A stretch of DNA of 64,000 nucleotides from a virus (IMGVR_UViG_3300045988_103986:1-64000), one strand, 5' to 3'; numbered from the stretch's first letter, positions 18,835-27,161 are shown. Numbers and translations: made by a program. The notes: generated by a model from the letters alone, not told the origin.

Positions 18835-19005
18835 TCACTTGAAAATGACCATTGCGGAGAAGAATTGTGACCAGCCGTATCCAGTTTTTGTAGCGCAGTG
18901 CTGATATTGGATTTCGACTTCCTCATTGTTGTAGCCCTCAAGCACTGCATTTAACTCACTTGTAAGTTCCCTCTCATCGCTTGCAGCAAAAATTTCAACT
19001 CTCAT
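18835..19005 (-). CDS. Cse60-like small protein, 56 aa (below ORF-track cutoff)
   Basis: My own translation: MRVEIFAASDERELTSELNAVLEGYNNEEVEIQYQHCATKTGYGWSQFFSAMVIFK; GGAG RBS. The pattern resembles sporulation protein Cse60 (from memory). Confidence 0.45.
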   Translation of the reverse strand: MRVEIFAASDERELTSELNAVLEGYNNEEVEIQYQHCATKTGYGWSQFFSAMVIFK

Positions 19006-19474
19006 TTTTTCTCCTTTTTGTTCAGCAGGTAGTCGGCGCGAAGCGCCCGCGCAAATCCGGTATCCAGGGACTTCCCGTTGTGTGTCGGTGTCTTATCCAG
19101 CGCCGAGCGGCAGAGCTCCAGACATTGCTCGCAGACTGCGTAACCGTATGCAGGAGGATTTTTGCCGCACTTCTTACAGAGTGAGACACCATCCATAAGG
19201 ATTCTTGGTGTCGTGCCGTTGCGGTAGTGGGAAGCATTCGCGGCCCGGCGCTGCCTCGCTGCGCATTCTGAGCAGGTCCTATAACCTGGGCGCGGCTTTC
19301 GCTTTCCGCAAAGCGTACACAAACCAGCAGCAGCACGTTTCTTTGCCGTCTCGGCCGCTTTGGCAGACTGTTTTGCAAGCCTTTCCTTCGACGGCCGGTA
19401 GTGGCTGGGGGGAATGAGTCGTTAATGCAGTCCGGATATGGACATGTGAAGCAGTCGCTCCGTTTACATTTCAT
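19002..19474 (-). CDS. Cys-rich zinc-ribbon repeat protein encoded by two ORFs joined across a C6/G6 homopolymer
   Basis: MKCKRSDCFTCPYPDCINDSFPP (frame 1) continues as SHYRPSKERLAKQ...CTLCGKRKPRPGYRTCSECAARQ...SHYRNG (frame 2). The switch is at GGGGGG, 19405-19410. Confidence 0.5.
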
Positions 19475-19880
19475 CTATTTTCACCCTTGGTATCACGGCG
19501 ACGCACTTCCCTAACGGGATGCCAACAGGTTCTTTACTCCATACAGGGAATCGCATAACGGTAAGTCCTCGGCAGATGGGTTCTGGCACCGCACATACAT
19601 ATGCCTGAATTTCGAGCCGTACTGTACCGTCTTCATTTTTGGACGTAGATACCCAGTCATTTGGAATGTCCCTATTCAGTTCAAATTCACACGTCGCTCC
19701 GGTCATGCGTCCGTTGAGCAAAGTCGCATCGGTGTTGGACTTTGAAAAGACAAGCTCCATGAATCGGGAAGCAGCATAGCGCTGCGGAAGAGTATCGCGC
19801 TGCGGAAGAATATCGCGGCAGTTTTGGACATCTGACCATGCGAAAATTCCAGTTTTGTCCGCAAATGCTATCCTGTTCAT
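19464..19880 (-). CDS. hypothetical protein, 138 aa
   Basis: Start MNRIAFADK behind GGAGGGG. Confidence 0.5.
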   Translation of the reverse strand: MNRIAFADKTGIFAWSDVQNCRDILPQRDTLPQRYAASRFMELVFSKSNTDATLLNGRMTGATCEFELNRDIPNDWVSTSKNEDGTVRLEIQAYVCAVPEPICRGLTVMRFPVWSKEPVGIPLGKCVAVIPRVKIDEM

Positions 19881-20188
19881 TTCGTTGCCCCTCCATCCCA
19901 CAGGAGCGGTTTCCCTTCAGCATCGAACATCACGCAAGCGCCACCGTAATTGCTAATCAGATACATCACGTTTGTTTCGGTATCTACGTACACGGTAAGA
20001 GGGGACTTGTCGGCTTTGACGACCCGTTGAAATCGTTGCTGACTGTGCTCCACTACGGTTTCTGTTTTGGTGGCGTTCTTATCACATTCACCTGCCACCG
20101 CAAACGCAACCGAGACCACTAGCATTGCTATAATCAATATCACAAGCAGAGCGACTGTCCTTACGTAAATCTTCTCACTGAGTTTCAT
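19877..20188 (-). CDS. membrane-anchored/secreted protein, 103 aa
   Basis: MKLSEKIYVRTVALLVILIIAMLVVSVAFA signal anchor; AGGAGGA RBS; ATGA overlap. Confidence 0.5.
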   Translation of the reverse strand: MKLSEKIYVRTVALLVILIIAMLVVSVAFAVAGECDKNATKTETVVEHSQQRFQRVVKADKSPLTVYVDTETNVMYLISNYGGACVMFDAEGKPLLWDGGATK

Positions 20189-20580
20189 GCGGATTCCTCC
20201 TGATCGTAGATCGTGCCACACCGATGAAGCTCATTCTGGTCGTCCACCGTAAGATTCGTGGCGTACCGTCTGTCTTTGCAGTCCCGGACTGCAAATGAGG
20301 CATCTGCCGTGGTAAACTCAACGGAGTACAGATGATTTGGAACGCCTTCGACGCTCAAGATGTCACCCTCGAAGATTTTCTCGCCATTTCTGTCAACAAG
20401 CCCGATGTACTGTCCGACAGTTTCCGGAATGACCTCTACCGCCGTATTGAACGGTTCCCCGTTATCGATGAAGAATTTCCCCTGGCACGGACGGCCACTA
20501 TTCTCTGCGCGCCCAATCAGATATCCATACACCCACTCGCCGCTTCCTACGGCTTTTCCACGAAACAGAATTTTTCTCAA
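20185..20580 (-). CDS. YopX-family protein
   Basis: MRKILFRGKAVGSGEWVYGYL...ETVGQYIGLVDRNGEKIFEGDIL. Confidence 0.7.
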   Translation of the reverse strand: MRKILFRGKAVGSGEWVYGYLIGRAENSGRPCQGKFFIDNGEPFNTAVEVIPETVGQYIGLVDRNGEKIFEGDILSVEGVPNHLYSVEFTTADASFAVRDCKDRRYATNLTVDDQNELHRCGTIYDQEESA

Positions 20581-20602
20581 CTATGAATCCCCTCCTGTTA
20601 AA

Positions 20603-20962
20603 TCATCCGACCTCTTCGCATTCGTCCATCCGGACGTTGACGCGCTTTCCATTTACGTTGATTACGTACCCAATCCTGTCTGGATTGCCCTGCCCTTTGT
20701 ATCTCTCCGCCCGGTACTGCTTCCCAACAACCGGCCGGCACACCGGAAACAGGTCAATCACTTCCGTCACTTTTATGTCAACCATGTCATGAGGCAGTTT
20801 TCCGCGATTGTTCATGTCGTAGCTCTGACGCACGCGCCCATTCGCAATCCGCCATTTGGCCGCGCATGTATAAGAGCAGAAACTATGCGCCGCAGCTTTC
20901 TTACCCCGTTTCCTCGTAACAACCGTTCCGCAGTAGTCGCACGCAAAGGTGATCTTAGCCAT
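20603..20962 (-). CDS. zinc-ribbon protein, 119 aa
   Basis: Start MAKITFACDYCG behind AAGGAG; second pair CSYTC. Confidence 0.5.
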   Translation of the reverse strand: MAKITFACDYCGTVVTRKRGKKAAAHSFCSYTCAAKWRIANGRVRQSYDMNNRGKLPHDMVDIKVTEVIDLFPVCRPVVGKQYRAERYKGQGNPDRIGYVINVNGKRVNVRMDECEEVG

Positions 20963-21161
20963 CTGTCTTGGCTCCTTTCTCAAGCCTGTCAATCATCTCG
21001 GCCGTACAATCGACGCCGCACATCAGAGTTCCGATCTCCCCTGTTGCCTCCAGCCCGCGCTCTTCAAACCAATCTTCCAGTTCCCATCTCAACTCATTCG
21101 CCCGCGCAGCCATGTCCGCAAGCTTATGCAGTTTATATCTGATTCCCAGTGGAATTTTCAT
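20955..21161 (-). CDS. hypothetical protein, 68 aa
   Basis: Coupled ORF. Confidence 0.45.
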   Translation of the reverse strand: MKIPLGIRYKLHKLADMAARANELRWELEDWFEERGLEATGEIGTLMCGVDCTAEMIDRLEKGAKTDG

Positions 21162-21556
21162 CTACCCAGTTTCCTTTCCTGTGAAAAGATCTCAAACGAC
21201 GTTCCCGTCTCGCCCACTTTGATTCGCCCCTTGCAGAAGATCCGCAGATATCCGCACGGCAAACAATCAATCGACCACGCCGGCAGCGCCATCTTCCGAT
21301 AATCGCACGGCCCGAACCATTCTCCATGGCCTCCAATTCCCTCCAGCTCCAGCGTCTCCGAGCACCCGGACAACCGCACGACCGGTTCATCCCCAATGCA
21401 CCCCACAAAGTCCATCACGCCCCACCGGCTGAAGCAGTTATCGTCTCCATCGACCGGAATGATGACCAGACTATCGAACGCCGGACTCTTACTATTGAAT
21501 CTCTCCCTGCGAGGGACCGCCTCGAAGTCTTCCTTCTTCATTTCTCGAATATCCAT
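21158..21556 (-). CDS. hypothetical protein, 132 aa (first gene after module element 2)
   Basis: AGAGGGAGG RBS inside the conserved element. Confidence 0.55.
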   Translation of the reverse strand: MDIREMKKEDFEAVPRRERFNSKSPAFDSLVIIPVDGDDNCFSRWGVMDFVGCIGDEPVVRLSGCSETLELEGIGGHGEWFGPCDYRKMALPAWSIDCLPCGYLRIFCKGRIKVGETGTSFEIFSQERKLGR

Positions 21557-21571
21557 GCTATATTTCGCCTC

Positions 21572-21616
21572 CCTCTATTTTCAGCATACTCACCCCTCCA
21601 AACGATTTATGTCATA
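21572..21616 (-). promoter_or_regulatory. module-start element, copy 2
   Basis: Reverse complement TATGACATAAATCGTTTGGAGGGGTGAGTATGCTGAAAATAGAGG. Confidence 0.55.
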
Positions 21617-22139
21617 CGGTTTTACTTCGAATAGTTTTAAAAACTCCACGTTTCACACGAAACGCCGAACTTATAGTGCAGCTTCGCCGAACCGCAGCCG
21701 CTACCCACCTGCTACCTATCTCAAATATTTTTTCTTACCGTCCGTAGGACACCTGCTTCGTTGCCGTAAGGCAACCGCGCAAATTTTTATTTTTGGGGTA
21801 TGCCCCTATTCGATTCCAATTTTTTGCCCCAGGTTTGGAAAATACCCCCCTCCCCCTATGCTGCATATAAAAAGAAAGCGCCGGCCGAAGCCGACGTCGT
21901 ATGTTCTTCATTATGTGTCCGTGCAGGAGCCATCTCCCTTCGGGGTTTTGAGCCAAGGCAGGGATTGCAGGGGCTTTTTCTATTGATGAGCGGTTTTTCT
22001 TGGCTTGGGGTGTCGAGGTGTGGAACGCCTGGGCGGGAGGAAGTGCTATACCCTGTTCTGAAAATTGGGGCGCTCCTGGACTTGTAAAATGGGGGGTATC
22101 CTGCAAACCGTGGCGGGAATCCTGCATTTCTCGCCGGGT

Positions 22140-22172
22140 GTCGTTTCCTTTACTACCTGTAAAGGAAACGAC
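22140..22172. other. perfect 14-bp-stem hairpin / inverted repeat in an ORF-free tract
   Basis: GTCGTTTCCTTTAC tacct GTAAAGGAAACGAC. Confidence 0.8.
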
Positions 22173-22713
22173 AACGGGGTTATTTTGCAAGATTTCCGTC
22201 ATAACTTGCAAGAATGCGCACTTTGGGCGGTCGTTTGTGTGACACGTCCGGCCCGGCGGGCTTGGCTGTCGGTCAGGGGCTGACGCGAGAACCGGCAGGG
22301 GCTGGGGCTTTGCCCGGAAGTTGCCGCCTGAACAGACGGACGCCGGGGACACTTTCCCCGTCCCCGTTGTGCTGGGTCCTTGCGTTGGTGAAGATGATCT
22401 GTTTGATGGGGTGCGGCTGTGTTGGTTGGTGTCCTGTGGTGCCGGGCTGGTAGGTGGTGCAGGTGGTGGAGCTGGCTGGGATGAAGCTATGCTATAGTGT
22501 ACTATAGAACGCCTGGGCAAACAACGCACGCGCACGCATGACGCGCGGGCACGCATACGCGACGCGGGCGCACGCGCGCGCGTATATAATATAGAGTGGC
22601 GGTGGGAGCATGTGCGGGGCGTGGTGAGGCTGTGCGGGGCTGTGGCGGGGTGATGGATAGGGCTGCGGGGCTCTGGTGACGTGCTAGGGGCTGCGCGTGC
22701 CCTGCGTAGGCGG

Positions 22714-23436
22714 TTAAGCCTGCGCAAGGTAGCGGGCGCGGATCTTATCGATTCGGCGCTGTATTGTGCTCTTGCTGGTGCCAAGGGCTGCAGCAATGGT
22801 GCGGACGGTGTGCCCGTCTGCCAGTGCGCGGACGATCCGCCGGTCGAGCTCGTCGACGGCTGCGGCCTCGATCGCGGCGCGGGTGATGGCTGAATCTTCG
22901 GGGCTGGTGATGGGGGCGGCGGTGACGCTGGGCAGCATATCAACTATACTCTGTGCGTTGTCGTCGCCGTCGTTGTTGTATCTGTTGTCTGGGATTTGGC
23001 AGCAATTCGACGTGTGGCGGTACTCGCTGCGGGCGATGACGTGCGCGGCCTGGGTGCAAGCGGCGTACAGGATATGGGACAACGGGCGCGGCTCGCCGCT
23101 CTGCTCGTTGCGGGTGAGGGCAGGGGCAACGCGGGGCCATGCGTCAGCGGCGACGGTCTGCGCGTCGTCCGGGCATTTGATCCACGCGGTATCTGCTGCG
23201 CGTCCGGTGGCCTCGGCGCGGTGCTTGACGGTCCACGACATGCGGATCAGTGCGGTAAACTGGGCTTCTCCGTCCATGTTGTCCCACTCGCGGCGGGCTG
23301 CTGTGGCGGCTTGGGCGGCTCTGTGCGCCTCTTTCAGGCAGATGGCAAACTGTGCGCGGCTGCGCGTCTCTGGGAACTCTGCGACGGTGGCGCGGTACAG
23401 GCTCCACGCCTGCCGCATGATCTGTGCTTTACTCAT
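22714..23436 (-). CDS. HTH DNA-binding protein with a sigma-70 region-4/LuxR-like C-terminus
   Basis: C-terminus DELDRRIVRALADGHTVRTIAAALGTSKSTIQRRIDKIRARYL; GC-rich codon usage unlike the flanks. Confidence 0.55.
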   Translation of the reverse strand: MSKAQIMRQAWSLYRATVAEFPETRSRAQFAICLKEAHRAAQAATAARREWDNMDGEAQFTALIRMSWTVKHRAEATGRAADTAWIKCPDDAQTVAADAWPRVAPALTRNEQSGEPRPLSHILYAACTQAAHVIARSEYRHTSNCCQIPDNRYNNDGDDNAQSIVDMLPSVTAAPITSPEDSAITRAAIEAAAVDELDRRIVRALADGHTVRTIAAALGTSKSTIQRRIDKIRARYLAQA

Positions 23437-23485
23437 GGGTACGATCTCCTTTATTCGTTTTATTTGATGGGGCGGCTGGTGTGCG

Positions 23486-23761
23486 TCAGCCTGCCGGGGT
23501 TGCGTCGATGACTGCGGGGCCGGAAAACGTCAGCTGCACGCGGTCGCCTCTGCGGTAGTCTCCGGTATCGGTGTACCATGTCCAGCACTCGCCGCGCGTG
23601 TCCTCGCCGGTTACGGCGTCCGTGTCGGCGCTGACGCGCTCCACTGCTACGATCTGGGCCGGTGCGGTGTCCGTTGCCTGTTGTCCCTGCTTGGGGCTTG
23701 TGCAGGCGGTCAGGGCGGCCAGAAGGGCCGCCGCGCCTGTGATGATCTGTATCCGCTTCAT
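23486..23761 (-). CDS. lipoprotein, 91 aa
   Basis: Start MKRIQIITGAAALLAALTAC (lipobox LTAC) behind GGAGAGGAG. The longer 155-aa ORF is Arg-rich nonsense. Confidence 0.6.
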   Translation of the reverse strand: MKRIQIITGAAALLAALTACTSPKQGQQATDTAPAQIVAVERVSADTDAVTGEDTRGECWTWYTDTGDYRRGDRVQLTFSGPAVIDATPAG

Positions 23762-23991
23762 GTTTTGCTCTCCTCTCCGACGGTGAACTCTCCGGCCCAT
23801 GCGCGGATGATTGATCCGGCCTCGGTCACGGCGGTGATCCAGCCGCTGACGTTCGCGGCCTTGCGGCAGCGGATGACGTGCCCGCGTCCGGCGTTGTAGT
23901 CGATTCGCAGGCCCTCGGCGGCTGCGGCGCGGATCTCGGCGGGCGTGTGCCATTGCGGGCGGTCCGTGGGACTAATGTTGATTGGTAGCAT
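23758..23991 (-). CDS. hypothetical protein, 77 aa
   Basis: ATGA overlap with the lipoprotein gene. Confidence 0.45.
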   Translation of the reverse strand: MLPINISPTDRPQWHTPAEIRAAAAEGLRIDYNAGRGHVIRCRKAANVSGWITAVTEAGSIIRAWAGEFTVGEESKT

Positions 23992-24003
23992 GATATTCTC
24001 CTT

Positions 24004-24234
24004 TCAGTTCTCGGTGAAGTACCGGCGCAAGGTGGAATCTTCCGGGCTTTCTGAATCCAGCCACGCATTAAACGCGCTGGGGTTGCGCTTTTCGAGTTCA
24101 TCCATGATCCAGCCGCGCGTGATCGTGGTTTCCGGTGATGTGCTGAGGAATTCCGTTGTTTCCCACGCTTTCAAAAGCTGTTCGTTTGTCAGTTTGGCGA
24201 TGATTGCCGGGGCTGGTGCGGTTTCGTGTTTCAC
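24004..24234 (-). CDS. hypothetical protein, 76 aa
   Basis: GC-rich island ORF. Confidence 0.5.
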   Translation of the reverse strand: MKHETAPAPAIIAKLTNEQLLKAWETTEFLSTSPETTITRGWIMDELEKRNPSAFNAWLDSESPEDSTLRRYFTEN

Positions 24235-24290
24235 TGTTCAAACTCCTTTCAGGTTGTCCCGGCGGCGTGTGCCGCCGGGGTGGTTGGTGA

Positions 24291-25049
24291 TTAAATGATG
24301 TACAGGGTGCCGTTGATCTCGGCGCTCACTGCTTCCTGCTGCATTTCTGCTTTGATCTGCTGGGCCAGCGTCAGCACGTCCGGCAGGCGTTCGCGGAGCT
24401 GGTCGGCGGTGCAGGCCGCGTAAACGATGGTCACGGCCTCGCGGATCAACCCGGCGGAATCGCTCAGCCAGTAGCCCGCGCTCGGTTGGGCGGTTGCGCC
24501 GCCGAACCAGCCGCAAAACTCGCGGGCGACGCGTTCAACCTGCGCGGCGTTGTCGGTGGCGTGGTTGATGTCCTGCGTGCCGGGGACGTAGAGCGCGACG
24601 CGCTGCGGGAGCTCCAGCGCGCCCGCCTGCTTCATGATCTCGGCGGTGTCCTGCGCTTCCTGCGCGGGTGCTTCCTGCTCCTGCGGCGCGGGCGGCGCGT
24701 ACTTGCTCATAGCCTGCGCAAGCTGGTTGATGTGCGCGGGGTGGATTTCTGCGGGCTGGTAGATGTTCTTTGCTTCCAGCTCGTCACGGGTCGCGGCGGT
24801 CTCGATGGTGGCGGCCCACTCGCGGGAGCTGGGCCATATTCTGCCGTCCCACTCGCCGACGGTGTTCACGATTTCAGCGATTGCTTCGCGGGCGGTATCG
24901 TATCCGATCTGCTCCACGATAGCGGCGACGGTCTCGGCGGGGGTCCGGTCGCTGGTTTCGCTGTAGATGTTTACCACGGTTTTGATGTTCGCGCGGGTGG
25001 TCTTGATCTGCTCGCGGCGGGCGGTGATCTCGGTTGCATTCATTTTCAT
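24291..25049 (-). CDS. hypothetical protein, 252 aa
   Basis: First gene of the leftward island operon, divergent from the RHH gene. Confidence 0.6.
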   Translation of the reverse strand: MKMNATEITARREQIKTTRANIKTVVNIYSETSDRTPAETVAAIVEQIGYDTAREAIAEIVNTVGEWDGRIWPSSREWAATIETAATRDELEAKNIYQPAEIHPAHINQLAQAMSKYAPPAPQEQEAPAQEAQDTAEIMKQAGALELPQRVALYVPGTQDINHATDNAAQVERVAREFCGWFGGATAQPSAGYWLSDSAGLIREAVTIVYAACTADQLRERLPDVLTLAQQIKAEMQQEAVSAEINGTLYII

Positions 25050-25114
25050 ATTGGTTTCTCCTTTCCCTTGCGGGGCGTTCGTTGTTTCATTTGATGGCTT
25101 GATTATAGTATAGG

Positions 25115-25274
25115 TTCAACCGTATGTCAAATTGGTTAAAAAGTTATGTTTAACCGTATCATTGTATAAGTTTAGCCGTATTCATGTGTGAAATGTTAGG
25201 ATTTCTCCGTTTTTTGGTCAACCGTATGTAAAAGTCACGATTTTATGAAAAAATCGCTAAAAATTAACCGTATA
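25115..25274 (+). repeat. five same-orientation WARCCGTAT boxes in a divergent intergenic region (iteron/operator-like)
   Basis: AACCGTAT at 25118, 25152, 25220, 25266 and AGCCGTAT at 25174. Confidence 0.7.
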
Positions 25275-25357
25275 TTTTGTGCATTCTGCCGATGGTACAA
25301 AACAGCCCGCGCCGGTAGAATAAAAGGCAAGAAGCAAACGAAAGCGAGGTACATTAA

Positions 25358-25879
25358 ATGCCGATTGCAAAGAATCCTAACGGGGCCCGGACCGACGCCG
25401 AGCGCCGCGCTCAAAACAAGTGGGATCAGGCGAACCGCGTGACGCTGGGCGTGCGCGTGGGCAAGGCGGACGGCGAGGCGTTCCGGGCGTGGTGCGCGGC
25501 GCGTGGTATCACAGTTAACGCGGCGCTCTCGGCCTATGTTGCGGAGTGCCTGCGGGGCGACGCAGACGGCGGCGCAGCTCCTGCGGCCGAGATTTTCCAG
25601 GCGGCGCAGCCTGGGCAGGCGGCAGGCGGTGAGGGTCTGACGCTTCCGGCAGACGTGGCGCGCCTTGCAAGTTTGGCGTCAAATCTTGCGGGAGATCCGG
25701 ACGCGCTCACCTGGGCGCGCCGGGCGCTGGAAACTGCGGCGGCAGCCGAGTCCGACGCATTCGAGCGCAAGCAGGCCGCTTTATCTTCGTTTGAAAAATT
25801 CAAGCCTGAACAGACGGCTCCCGGAAATTCTGGGGACCTACCATCTGAACAGGAAGGCCCGAAAACTCTGGGAGACTGA
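25358..25879 (+). CDS. ribbon-helix-helix (CopG/Arc-like) protein with an Ala-rich tail
   Basis: RRAQNKWDQANRVTLGVRVGKADGEAFRAWCAARGITVNAALSAYV fits a beta-alpha-alpha RHH pattern. Confidence 0.5.
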   Translation: MPIAKNPNGARTDAERRAQNKWDQANRVTLGVRVGKADGEAFRAWCAARGITVNAALSAYVAECLRGDADGGAAPAAEIFQAAQPGQAAGGEGLTLPADVARLASLASNLAGDPDALTWARRALETAAAAESDAFERKQAALSSFEKFKPEQTAPGNSGDLPSEQEGPKTLGD

Positions 25880-25975
25880 CGGCCTGAACAGGGACACCGG
25901 GAAACTCCGGGGCTGATGGACGGACACCGAAAAACTGAACAGAACGTCCGGAAAACTTCGGGGTATAGCAGCGCT
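25806..25975 (+). repeat. 4-5 degenerate direct repeats CTGAACAG-N5-7-CCGGAAAACTCYGGGG spanning the 3' end of the RHH gene
   Basis: CTGAACAG at 25806, 25845, 25884, 25935 plus a degenerate unit at ~25912. Confidence 0.65.
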
Positions 25976-26010
25976 TGGCGAAAGCCGGGCGCTGCTTTTT
26001 GCGTGTTGGC

Positions 26011-26040
26011 GGGACAAATAGTAAATCTGCGTAGATATAA
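26011..26040 (+). promoter_or_regulatory. cassette promoter-like box pair P1
   Basis: GGGACAAAT agtaaatctgc GTAGATATAA. Confidence 0.55.
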
Positions 26041-26077
26041 AGATGAAAGCAAAACTCACTGAATGGAGGGTCATACA

Positions 26078-26569
26078 ATGACGAACAAAGAGATTGGAAA
26101 CGCAATCCGCGCGACGCTGAAGGCGGAAGGATATGCGCCGCGAGATTTTTCCGTGCGCGTCCGTGACTGCGGCTACAGCACGAGCGCGGACGTGACGATC
26201 AAGAATCCGGAAATCCGCCGCGCAAATGTGGAGCGGCTTCTATCCAAATTTGAGCGCGTCGACCGCGACTATGCGACCGGCGAGATTTTGGCGGGCGGTA
26301 ACTGCTACCTTTTTGTGGACTACGAGCGAGGAATCTTCGACGCGCCAGCGCAGGAGATGGCCACGACGGCGGTGGGGATTCTCCGTGAGGATAGCGAGTG
26401 CATCCGCATCTTCGATGGCCTGTATCTCTGCAATCGCAACGGACGCACGGAGCTTCGCCAGCAGAACGACGCAGGGAACTGCGCGTGGCTGATTGGCGGT
26501 TTCTCGCTTCTGAACGAGCTGTGCGTTGCCATGTACAAATACGCAAAATTCGGGACTATCGCGCCGTAA
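26078..26569 (+). CDS. hypothetical protein, 163 aa
   Basis: Start MTNKEIGNAIRATLKAEGY behind GGAGGG; family seen on mobile elements (from memory), function unknown. Confidence 0.6.
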   Translation: MTNKEIGNAIRATLKAEGYAPRDFSVRVRDCGYSTSADVTIKNPEIRRANVERLLSKFERVDRDYATGEILAGGNCYLFVDYERGIFDAPAQEMATTAVGILREDSECIRIFDGLYLCNRNGRTELRQQNDAGNCAWLIGGFSLLNELCVAMYKYAKFGTIAP

Positions 26570-26591
26570 TGGCGCAGTAGCCCCGAACGGA

Positions 26592-26735
26592 ACAAACCAA
26601 GGAAACCAAGAAAACCAGAAAAACCAAGGGAAATATTGAACCGGACAAAACCAAGAAAACTGATGGAATCAGGAATCGGGAAAAACCAAAAAAAACTAGC
26701 TGAATACCGAAACCAACTAAACCGAGAAAACTAGT
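26592..26735 (+). repeat. cluster of ~8 AAACCAAGAAAAC-like words in non-coding DNA
   Basis: aaaccaaggaaaccaagaaaaccagaaaaaccaaggg...aaaaccaagaaaactg...aaaaaccaaaaaaaactag...aaaccgagaaaactag. Confidence 0.7.
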
Positions 26736-26769
26736 GGCTTCCGGAGTTGAAAATTTTTCTTAAAGTTCT

Positions 26770-26799
26770 GGGACAAATCAGAAAACGTTGTAGAACTAA
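26770..26799 (+). promoter_or_regulatory. cassette box pair P2
   Basis: GGGACAAAT cagaaaacgtt GTAGAACTAA. Confidence 0.5.
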
Positions 26800-26837
26800 A
26801 GGTAGAACATCAAAACTACTTTTTGGAGGTACGGAAA

Positions 26838-27161
26838 ATGAGCAAGCTTTACTTTATCGAGACAAACGGCGGCTGGTTGACAGTTGCAACAGACGAAGAC
26901 GGCCGCGCCTGCTATATGCGCGAGGATGGCCGTGAAGATGGATACCCAGACGCTGATCCGCGCTGGGCCGAATCAGACGCGCAGGAGCGCGAGACGATCG
27001 CCGAGAAGTGGCTGCGCTCCATTGCAGACTGGAACAGCTTTGATGACCTGTATGCGAACTGCGACGTACAGAGCGGTTTCTGCGGCGTTTACACCGTCGA
27101 GGACTTCAACGCAGATCTGGAAAACGGCAGCGACGAAATCATTGCAAGCATTGATTTCTGA
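26838..27161 (+). CDS. hypothetical acidic protein, 107 aa
   Basis: Start MSKLYFIETNGG behind GGAGG. Confidence 0.6.
   Translation: MSKLYFIETNGGWLTVATDEDGRACYMREDGREDGYPDADPRWAESDAQERETIAEKWLRSIADWNSFDDLYANCDVQSGFCGVYTVEDFNADLENGSDEIIASIDF

Noticed and set aside
21735-22943. 402-aa minus-strand ORF
   Set aside because: Its sequence is Pro/Ser/Ala/Arg-rich low-complexity. It has no RBS and overlaps the sigma-r4-like gene. It is an artefact of a C-rich strand lacking stop codons.
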